From Salinactinospora qingdaonensis (GTDB taxonomy: Bacteria; Actinomycetota; Actinomycetes; Streptosporangiales; Streptosporangiaceae): a stretch of 64,000 bases of DNA. Below the pieces are notes generated by a model. The model saw only the letters and a list, made by a program, of their open reading frames with translations, searched no databases and was not told where the DNA came from. Position 1 is the first letter of the stretch; every line of letters begins with the position of its first letter. The DNA lies in NCBI RefSeq assembly GCF_039539445.1, contig NZ_BAABDD010000001.1, forward strand, positions 444,103 through 508,102, written 5' to 3'. The position numbers and the translations under genes were made by a program. This document shows positions 20,672 through 29,000 of the stretch, piece after piece.

Positions 20672-21475
20672 GTGATGGTCGTGTCTATGGCAGAGACCAT
20701 CTCCGACGCCCGCTCCGACGCGGCGGGCGACACGCTGACCGGACAGTTCGTCCGAAACGTCGCCGCGGCCTGTGAGGGGCCGGTCGCAGCGATGGGTGGC
20801 GTGGTGCGGCGCACGCCGGAGGTGTCGATCGCGGTGCTGGACCGGCCGTTCGGCTGGCTGCACGGGGCGACCCTGCTGCGTCCGCTGACCGCCGAGCGTG
20901 TCGATCCGGTGCTGGAGCAGGTGGAGCACGCGGCGGCGGGCGGCGCGGGCGAGGTGCTGCTGTGGAGCGCGTGGCCCACCCCTGATCTGCGGGAACGCGG
21001 GTGGCAGCTACACGGGTACCCGACGTTTTTGGTGCTGCCGCCGGGAGGGCTGGCCGGGCCGGCGCCGCAGGCGGAAGTGAGCGAGGTGACCGACACCGAG
21101 GGGGTGCGCGTCTACGAGCGCATCGTGGTCGAGGGGTATCCGATCCCCGAATTGCAGCCCTACCGGCCCGGCTGCTATCTGGATGAGCGCATCCTCGCGG
21201 AGCGGCGGCAGCGGATGTGGGTGGCCTGGCACGAGGGAGAGCCGGCCGCCATCGGCACGTTGTTCACCGAGGCGGGAATCGCGCACCTGGCGCTGGGGGT
21301 GACCCTGCCGCACGCCCGGCGGCACGGGTTGTGGAAAGCGCTGGTGCACGAGCGGGTCGCCAGCGCCAGTGGTCTGCCGGTCGGCGTGATCGCCAGCGAC
21401 ATGAGCCGCCCGGGACTGGAAGAGCTGGGCTTTTTGAGCATCAACCGCTTCACGCTGTGGGGCCTGTCGCGCTGA
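20672..21475 (+). CDS. hypothetical protein, C-terminal GNAT-like acetyltransferase fold
   Basis: 267 aa. HARRHGLWKALV resembles GNAT motif A. Weak. Confidence 0.4.
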   Translation: MMVVSMAETISDARSDAAGDTLTGQFVRNVAAACEGPVAAMGGVVRRTPEVSIAVLDRPFGWLHGATLLRPLTAERVDPVLEQVEHAAAGGAGEVLLWSAWPTPDLRERGWQLHGYPTFLVLPPGGLAGPAPQAEVSEVTDTEGVRVYERIVVEGYPIPELQPYRPGCYLDERILAERRQRMWVAWHEGEPAAIGTLFTEAGIAHLALGVTLPHARRHGLWKALVHERVASASGLPVGVIASDMSRPGLEELGFLSINRFTLWGLSR

Positions 21476-21576
21476 GCGCATCGCGGGCCCGGCTCGGCGA
21501 AAATGCGGCGGCGTCCCTGCCGGAACCGGTGCCGATCGGCCCGGTCAGGGACGCTGCGGTGGCTGCTAGTCGCCGC

Positions 21577-22623
21577 TCACCGCTGCTCGGCGCGGCCGTA
21601 GGTGACCGCGTGCACCGGCGCCAGGCCGAACGAACCGATGTCGGTAAAACCGTGCCGGGAGAGCAGCCCGTCGTAGAAGCTGCGGGCGACGAGCTGGTCG
21701 TCGATCTGGGCCTCGAAGAACTGGATGCCGCTCATGATGCGCCCGGGCACGCTGCGCAGGCCCGTCTCGTCTTCGGGGAAAGGGAAGTCGGAGATGACGA
21801 ACCACCCGCCCGGCTTCAGGGCACGGTGGATGTTGTCGGTCACTCGGTCGATGTCGCGGCACTCGTGCATCGAGATGTTGTTGATGACGACGGTGTACGA
21901 GGCGTCGAGGTCGAGGTCCTCCAGCGGGCTCACCATCAGATGGACCCGATCGGCCACCCCCGCCTCTCGGAGTCGCTCGGCGGCCATCTCCACCGAGTGG
22001 GCGTCCCCGTCCACGCCGGTGATCTCGCAGTTCGGGTAGGTCTGGGCCAGCCGCACGAGCCCTGTTCCCGAACCGCAGGCGGTGTCGAGCACCCGACAGC
22101 CCGCCTCGAGGTGTTGGGCGAGGCCGGGAATCTGTTCGAGCCCGCCGGGCACTAGTCGGGTGTAGAAGGGAGTGCCGGTACCGGCGACCTCCCGGATGAA
22201 CTCAGGGCTGCACTCGTCCCACCACAGCCGCTCGCCTGTGGCGAGCGTGCGCTCGAATCGGTCGAAGACCTCCGGCTGGTTCAAGACGGTGAACAGCCCG
22301 CCGGCATAGGCCGGCGACGAGACGTCGAGGAGCAGGGTCGCCATGTGGGGCGCGAGCCGGTAGGTCGCGCCGTCGCGCTCGCACACGCTCGCACCGAAGG
22401 CGGCCCGGCACCACACACCGACGTAGAAGGGGTCGAGATCGAGCTGTTCCGCGAGGTCGTCAGCGCTGGCGCCGCCGGGCTCGGCCGCGGCCAGCGCCTC
22501 AATGAGTCCGGAGCGCAGTCCCAGGGCGACGGTGCGGTAGCCGATGTAGCCGGCGGGTAGCTGCAACAGCGTTTTGGCCTGGTCGGCGAGTGGGGCCTCG
22601 GTGGTGGGGTGGGTGGCGGTCAT
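21577..22623 (-). CDS. class I SAM-dependent methyltransferase (paralog of 19406..20503)
   Basis: 348 aa. VLDTACGSGTGLVRLAQ motif I. Same domain order as the other MTase. Confidence 0.75.
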   Translation of the reverse strand: MTATHPTTEAPLADQAKTLLQLPAGYIGYRTVALGLRSGLIEALAAAEPGGASADDLAEQLDLDPFYVGVWCRAAFGASVCERDGATYRLAPHMATLLLDVSSPAYAGGLFTVLNQPEVFDRFERTLATGERLWWDECSPEFIREVAGTGTPFYTRLVPGGLEQIPGLAQHLEAGCRVLDTACGSGTGLVRLAQTYPNCEITGVDGDAHSVEMAAERLREAGVADRVHLMVSPLEDLDLDASYTVVINNISMHECRDIDRVTDNIHRALKPGGWFVISDFPFPEDETGLRSVPGRIMSGIQFFEAQIDDQLVARSFYDGLLSRHGFTDIGSFGLAPVHAVTYGRAEQR

Positions 22624-22764
22624 GGTTGTTCTCTCCTCACACAGGTGTGACCGGACATGACCACGATCGGGGTGTGAGGAGGGCGCTGACCAGTACTGGA
22701 GCTGTACTCCCCCGGTACAACATCTGTACTACCCAGAGGGGAGCGGCTGGCCTAGTCTCGCGAT

Positions 22765-23451
22765 ATGGGCACCTACAAACAGTTCTGTCCCGTCGCCAAG
22801 GCGATGGAACTGCTCGACGAGCGCTGGACGCTGCTGATCATCCGGGAGCTGATCGCCGGGAGCACGCACTTCAACGAACTGCGGCGCGGGGTGCCGCGCA
22901 TGTCGCCGGCGCTGCTGAGCAAGCGGTTGCAGCGCCTGGTCCGCGCCGGGATCGTGGAGCGCCACGACGACGGCAACCGGGTGAGGTATGCCCTCAGCCC
23001 CGCCGGGCGGGAGCTGGAACCGGTGGTGGAGACGCTGGGCACATGGGGAATCCGGTGGATCGGCGAGTTGGGCGACGAGGATCTCGACCCACAGCTACTC
23101 GTCTGGGACATGCACCGCAACATCGACCTTGCCGCCGTCCCCCGAGGTCGCACCGTGGTCAGGCTGTCGTTTACCGACGTAGCGCACGGTAGCCGAAGCT
23201 GGTGGCTGGTCATCACGCCCGAGAGCGTCGATGTATGCGACAGCGACCCGGGCCACCCGATTGACCTCGGGGTGCACTGCGGGCTTCGGACCCTCGTGCG
23301 GATATGGCGTGGCGACATCGACTGGAGCACAGCGCTGTGCGAGGAGTTGTTGGAGGTCGTGGGCTCACCCCACCTCGCCCGGGCGTTCCCAAGATGGCTG
23401 CGGCTGTCGATGTTCGCGAGCGTGCCCCGGGCCTCTGCGCCCCTGGGCTGA
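22765..23451 (+). CDS. HxlR-family (MarR-like) transcriptional regulator with C-terminal extension
   Basis: CPVAKAMELLDERWTLLIIREL...FNELRRGVPRMSPALLSKRLQRL is a canonical HxlR wHTH. Confidence 0.75.
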   Translation: MGTYKQFCPVAKAMELLDERWTLLIIRELIAGSTHFNELRRGVPRMSPALLSKRLQRLVRAGIVERHDDGNRVRYALSPAGRELEPVVETLGTWGIRWIGELGDEDLDPQLLVWDMHRNIDLAAVPRGRTVVRLSFTDVAHGSRSWWLVITPESVDVCDSDPGHPIDLGVHCGLRTLVRIWRGDIDWSTALCEELLEVVGSPHLARAFPRWLRLSMFASVPRASAPLG

Positions 23452-23580
23452 CCCTTGCCCGCTCGCAGCGGTGAGATGCCGGCCGGCGGGTGCCTCCCAG
23501 TACACTCCCCTTGTGCCCCTGCAGATCTGGCGCTGTGGGAGGCCGTGCGTAACGTGGCGCGCCCCGGGGGCCGATTAACA

Positions 23581-23653
23581 GTGCGCCATCAGGGACTCGA
23601 ACCCCGAACCCACTGATTAAGAGTCAGTTGCTCTGCCGATTGAGCTAATGGCG
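23581..23653 (-). tRNA. tRNA-Lys (anticodon CTT)
   Basis: Minus-strand sequence GCGCCATTAGCTCAATCGGCAGAGCAACTGACTCTTAATCAGTGGGTTCGGGGTTCGAGTCCCTGATGGCGCA folds as a cloverleaf: 7-bp acceptor, D arm GCTC/GAGC, anticodon loop CTCTTAA, T loop TTCGAGT. Confidence 0.85.
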
Positions 23654-23951
23654 CGGGTTGTGCCGCCAGCGGTTGCGGCGCTCAACTGGGTCTTAGTTTA
23701 TCCGATGGGCGGGGCGCTCTCGCCCGTAACGCCGCTACGGGCGACCATCGTGACGGCTGTTTCCGTGGCCGCGTGACCCGCGGAGCTGCTTGGGTAGCCA
23801 ACGGCGACGGTAACAGCGCCGCTGGGCTGGTACACGATCGTGTCATCACCGGCCCCAGAGATCTAAGCTCGACCCATAAGCCCCGCGCGCCACACACCCA
23901 GGACGGCTACGTGACAGACCAACAAGGACACCCCCGCCCCGACCGCGTTCC

Positions 23952-25070
23952 GTGCACCGCCCAGCGCGGCGCGCGCCCGGCAGCGCTGGTCAGATCCAAG
24001 GACACGCCATGATCGCGCGGGGGCCGCGCCGGCTACAGCGCCTCCGCCCCGACGATCCGCGCACCGTGGGCGCCTATGACATCGTCGGCCGTATCGGTTC
24101 GGGCGGCATGGGCACCGTCTATGCGGGCACGACCGACGAACTCAGTGGCTATATCGCGATCAAGGTCGTTCACGGCGAGCACGCGGCCAACCAAGAGTTC
24201 CGCAAGCGTTTCGCTCGCGAGGCCAAGCTGATGGCCCGCGTCGACAGCCCGTGCCTGGCCCGGTTCATCCACGCCGACGTGGAGGCCGAACTGCCGTGGT
24301 TGGCCACCGAGTTCGTCCCCGGCCCGACACTGCGCCATTACGTGGAACGCCACCAGCCGCTGCGCGGCGGCATGCTGTTGGGGTTGGCGGCCGGCACGGC
24401 CGAGGCGCTGCGGTCGATCCATGCGGCGGGCATCGTGCACCGCGACTTGAAGCCGAGCAACATCATCTTGGCCCCCGAAGCGCCGAAGCTACTCGACTTC
24501 GGGATCGCCTACGCCGACGAGGACCCGACCTGGTGGCTGCGGGTGCGCCGGGTCTACCGGGGGGCGCGCGAGCGGCGCGTTTCCCCGCCCCGCGTGCCCA
24601 GCCAGTCGAGCAAATCGGGCTCGGGGGGAGGCGACCGGGTGGGGACGCCCGGCTGGATCAGCCCGGAGCAGTACCAGCGCAAGGCGGTCAGTGACCGCTC
24701 TGACATCTTCCTGTGGGGAGCGCTGGTGGGCTTCGCCGCGGCGCGGCACGACCCGTTCGGCCATGGCCCACCTAAGGAGATGGCCCGGCGGGTCCTGCAC
24801 GAGCAGCCCGACCTACAGGGGCTCCCCCCTCAGCTCAAGGAGTTGGTGCTGGCGGCGATGGCGAAGAACCCTGATGACCGCCCCAGCTCCAAAGAGGTCC
24901 TTCAGCGCGTTCTGGAGCTTGCCGAACCGGGCGAGGAGGCGCCCGCGGGCGACCGGCAGCGGTTGCGGGCCCTGCTCAGCAGGGAGTGGACCCGCGTCTC
25001 GGACCGGCTGCCCAAACCTCCCCGGCCGGCGCTGCGGGAGATACTGACCAGCCGACGCGAGCAGCCGTGA
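23952..25070 (+). CDS. Ser/Thr protein kinase (Hanks type) with unusually long activation-segment insertion
   Basis: GRIGSGGMGTVY (Gly loop), AIKVV (VAIK), HRDLKPSNI, DFG ... ISPEQ (APE). About 55 residues lie between DFG and APE. The start could be the internal M at 24010. Confidence 0.8.
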   Translation: MHRPARRAPGSAGQIQGHAMIARGPRRLQRLRPDDPRTVGAYDIVGRIGSGGMGTVYAGTTDELSGYIAIKVVHGEHAANQEFRKRFAREAKLMARVDSPCLARFIHADVEAELPWLATEFVPGPTLRHYVERHQPLRGGMLLGLAAGTAEALRSIHAAGIVHRDLKPSNIILAPEAPKLLDFGIAYADEDPTWWLRVRRVYRGARERRVSPPRVPSQSSKSGSGGGDRVGTPGWISPEQYQRKAVSDRSDIFLWGALVGFAAARHDPFGHGPPKEMARRVLHEQPDLQGLPPQLKELVLAAMAKNPDDRPSSKEVLQRVLELAEPGEEAPAGDRQRLRALLSREWTRVSDRLPKPPRPALREILTSRREQP

Positions 25071-25211
25071 CCCGTCCCGCCAGACAGGCCACGTGACCAC
25101 CTGCCGGCCGGCGAACCGTTAACCGAGCCGATAGCCTTGGCCTGGCGGCTTCCGCGCCACGATCGCCACGCAGGGCGCCCTCGTGGCGCGGTTTCGGGGC
25201 CGGCGGCGCAC

Positions 25212-25913
25212 CTACCCGTGTTCGCGCGCGTGGCCGTCGGTGCCGTCGTCTTCCTGGGCGGCCAGCTTCTTGGCCTTGCGCACGCCTGCGGCGTCGACGA
25301 TGTTGTCCTCGTCAAGGTGGGAGAGCGGGCTCTGTTCGAGGTGGGTGACGACGGTTTCGGTGATGACATAGCCGCTCAGGTCGGTGTCAAGGGCGCTGAG
25401 GAGGCGGTCGCGGAACTCGTCGGGGTTGTTGAGCAGCTCGAGGAAGTCGAACTGCGCTCCGACGGCCTTGAGCGCGTCGTGGAACCCACCGTGGAACGTC
25501 TCTTCCAGGCGTTGCTGGGTGCTGGCCCCCGTGTCGTACTGGAGGGAGGCGGCCTTGATCACGTCTTCAGCGGTGTGGTTGACGCGCAGCGAGAACGTGA
25601 TGGTGATGTCGGCGCGGATACCGTCACGGCAGAGCATCCCCTCCCGACCGCTGCGAGATATCTCGATGCGCTTGGGGGAGAGATCGACCCGATCGGCCTT
25701 GTCGAGAAATCTCGGCAGCACGGCCCTGGTGAAGCTGACTTCGGGCTCCGCCGGTTTCGCGTGCCGGTGAATGATCAGCGCCTCGTCCTCCTTAGCGGTG
25801 TAGAACACGTAGTTGAACAGATAGACGAGCACGATGGCGATGACACAGACGACGCCGAAAATCGGCTCGACGAGGTTGAGGTAGGCGAGCATCGGAGGGC
25901 TGGAGGCGAGCAT
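25212..25913 (-). CDS. SPFH/band-7 (flotillin N-domain-like) membrane protein, paralog of the flotillin N-terminus
   Basis: N-terminal TM helix, then an SPFH core. Clear similarity to residues 1-230 of the 670-aa flotillin (RDGIRADITITF vs RDNIRADIRITF). Confidence 0.7.
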   Translation of the reverse strand: MLASSPPMLAYLNLVEPIFGVVCVIAIVLVYLFNYVFYTAKEDEALIIHRHAKPAEPEVSFTRAVLPRFLDKADRVDLSPKRIEISRSGREGMLCRDGIRADITITFSLRVNHTAEDVIKAASLQYDTGASTQQRLEETFHGGFHDALKAVGAQFDFLELLNNPDEFRDRLLSALDTDLSGYVITETVVTHLEQSPLSHLDEDNIVDAAGVRKAKKLAAQEDDGTDGHAREHG

Positions 25914-26011
25914 CGAGGACTCCCGCGGGTAACTGGCCGGTTGGGGCAAGCGGGCAGGGGGACGGCCACGCCTGGGGGCACGGGGCGGCGGGACCTGCCG
26001 ACGCTAGAGTC

Positions 26012-29000
26012 TCACTGGTCGGGTGTGGAGCGTTCGGCGGCACGGGCGATGGCCCGCTCGACCGCGCCCACCTGGTCGGCCAGCAGCCCCACCGCCGCAA
26101 CGGCCCTGCTCATGGGGTCGTCGGCGCCGCCGAGCGCTCGTTCGCGCAGGTAGGCGTCCTTGACTTCGGCCCAGCGTTTGGCCTGCTCCTCGGTCATCGT
26201 GCCCCGCAGCTCAGCCAGCTTGAGCAGGTTGGCCTCGGCTCCTGAGGTCAACGTCTGGGCCTCCCCCAGGTAGTGGTCGTCGATCAGGGCACTCAACTCG
26301 GCGTCGTTGAGCACCGGCATGACCCGTTCGGCCAGCTTGTTCATGTTGCGGTAGGAGCCCTGCAACTGGAACGGCGGCTCGGTGCGCGCGGCGTCGGACT
26401 GGGCGGCCGAAGCGATGTAGGCCTGGTTGTTGGTCAAGACCACGCGCTGGACCACGAGCAGCTTGCGCAGCACAGCCAGGATCTGCTCCAGTTCCACCGC
26501 GGAGTAGGGGTGGGTGAGCTGGTCGGGCCGGACCGACTCGTCACCGTTGGCCAGACGCACCAGCAATTCCACATCGCCGCGGTCGCGCGTGGACAGCGGG
26601 GCCAGCACCGGGTTGGAGGTCAGCGCGTTTTCGATGTAGCTGAGTGCGAACAGGTCGTCCTTGCCGGAAAGCACGTCGCCGAGGTTGTAGACGTCGGCGC
26701 GGTTGGCGAGCATGTCGGGCACCTGGAAACGCTGCCCGGACTCGGTGTAGGGGTTGCCGGCCATGCACACCGCGAACCGTTTGCCCCGCAGGTCGTAGGT
26801 GCGGGTCTCGCCCTCCCACACGCCTTCCATGCGCCGCTGGGCGTCGCACAGCGAGATGAACTTCTGGAGCAGTTCGGGCGAGGTGTGTTGGATGTCGTCC
26901 AGGTACAGCAGCACGTTGCTGCTCATCTCCAGCGCAAACGAGATCTTCTCGACCTCTTGGCGGGCCGTGGCGTTGGGGGCCTGCTCCGGATCGATCGAGG
27001 TGACCTCCTGGCCCAGGGCGGGGCCGTTGACCTTGACGAACACCAGGCCGAGCCGACTGGCCACGTACTCCATGAGCGTGGTCTTGCCATAACCGGGCGG
27101 GGAGATGAGCAGCAGGAGGCCCATCTGGTCGACGGTGGCGCCGTCGCCGGCCGTGCCGAGTTGTTTGGCGAGGTTGTCGCCGATCAGCGGCAGGTAGACC
27201 TCGTCGAGCAGCCGGTTGCGCACGAACCCGCTCATCACCCTGGGCTGGTAGTCGTCCATGCGCAGCCGGTGCCGCTCGCGCTGGGCCAACTCGGTGCGGC
27301 GACGCTGGTAGTCGCGGTAGGCGGGGACCCGCTCGGTACGGAACCGGCGGGTGCGGGCGAGGATCTCGTCGAGGCGGAGCTCTAGGCGGCGTTCGGTGAT
27401 ACGCGGATGGGTGCCGAGCAGATCGGGGATGGTGGCGCTGAGCTGGGCCGTGACCTCGTAGCGGGGAAGGTCGTGGCCGCCCAGGAGGAGGGCTACCGAT
27501 TCGGGTAGGTCGGCTGCGGGGATGTCGGGGGCGGTTGTGCTGCGGAAAGAGGCCAGCCATGCGTGGGTGAGCTGGTGGCGCGCGGTCAGGTCGGTGTCGA
27601 GGGCGGCGAGGTCGGCGTCGAACTCGCGGCGGGCGGCAGCGTCGGGGCCGCCGAGGTGGCGCTGGAACCGTTCCACCAGCTCTTGGGCGCCCGGGCCGGT
27701 GACGAAGCCTTCTGGTTGGGCGGCCAGTTCTTCGAACAGGTACTCCCCCACTAGTTCCTCGCCGGAGGGCTGTGTGGGAAGGCCGGTGGTGCGGGTGAAC
27801 GCGGCAACGGCGCCGCCCAGCTCGTCGGCTAGCTCGGTGATCGCCTCCGAGTGGCCGAACAGGGCGCGGGCCCGCGCCAAGGAGGCGGCCCGCGCGCTCC
27901 ACGCCGCCTTGGCGTCGGTGTCGGCGCCGAAGGCCCAGAACAGTTGGGCGGCGCTGCGCGCGTGGGGCGGGTAGCGCAGCAGGCCGGCCTCGGCGCGCAG
28001 CCGGAGCAGGGCCGCCAGGATCGCCGTGGCGTCGTGGTCGTGGACGCCGCGCTCGTAGCCCTCGTCATAGCGGGTCTCGGCGGCGCGGCGCACTACGTCG
28101 AGGAGTCCGCTGTCGGTGGCCGCGGACTCGTACAGCGCGTCCAGAGAGACCTCGCCCTGGCCAGACTCGGCGTGAGCCAGGATCGAAGTGGCCAGGTGTT
28201 CGGCGCGGTAGACCTCGGGGGACTCCGACACCAGGTGCTGGTCCCAGAACCGTTTTGTGCCGGCGAAGTCGGCGTCGCGCACGGGCGAGCGGTAGTCGGT
28301 TCCGGTGATGGTGAAGGTCATCTCGCCCTCGTGGGGGACGAGGGTGAGGTCGATGGGTTGGGTGTTGACCGCGAAACTGTGGCGGCCCAGCCGGATGGTC
28401 TGGCCGCTGTCGCCGTAGAGGTCGGCGCGGTCGAGCAGGGCGCGGCCGGCCTCCTGGCGGGCGGCGCGGATACGTCCTTCGAGCTCCTCGGCGCGCACCT
28501 GGTCGCCCAGCGAGCGCAGTTCCTCGACGCTTTGGCGCAGCTTGGCCACCATGGAGTCGGTGGCGAAGTAGGTGTTGACCTCGTCGGTGGACGACAGGGT
28601 GACGGCGCGGCGGTGCACGCTGGCGAGGATGCGTTCGGCCGAGGCGGCCACGCGGTCGGCGCGGCGGGTGCGCTCGTCGAGCAGGGCTTGTTTACGCGCG
28701 GCGAAGGCATCGGTGATCTCGTCGCGTTTGTCGGCGAGTTCGGTGCGGAAATCGTCGAACTCGCCGAAGCGCGCCTCAAGGTTCTCCAGCCGCAGCAGGA
28801 GCCGGCTGAGTTGTTCGTCGCAGGACTCGGGGGTGTCGGCCGCGGCGAGCGCACCGGTGACAGCCTGGCCGAGGAGGGCGAACTCGGCGGCGAACTCGGC
28901 GCGTCCTTCGGTGGAGAGCAGTTCTTGGCGACGCAGGTCCACAGTGGCGCGGGCGCGGTTGATGCCGCCCAGCACCTCGCCGATGTGTTCCAGGATGGTG

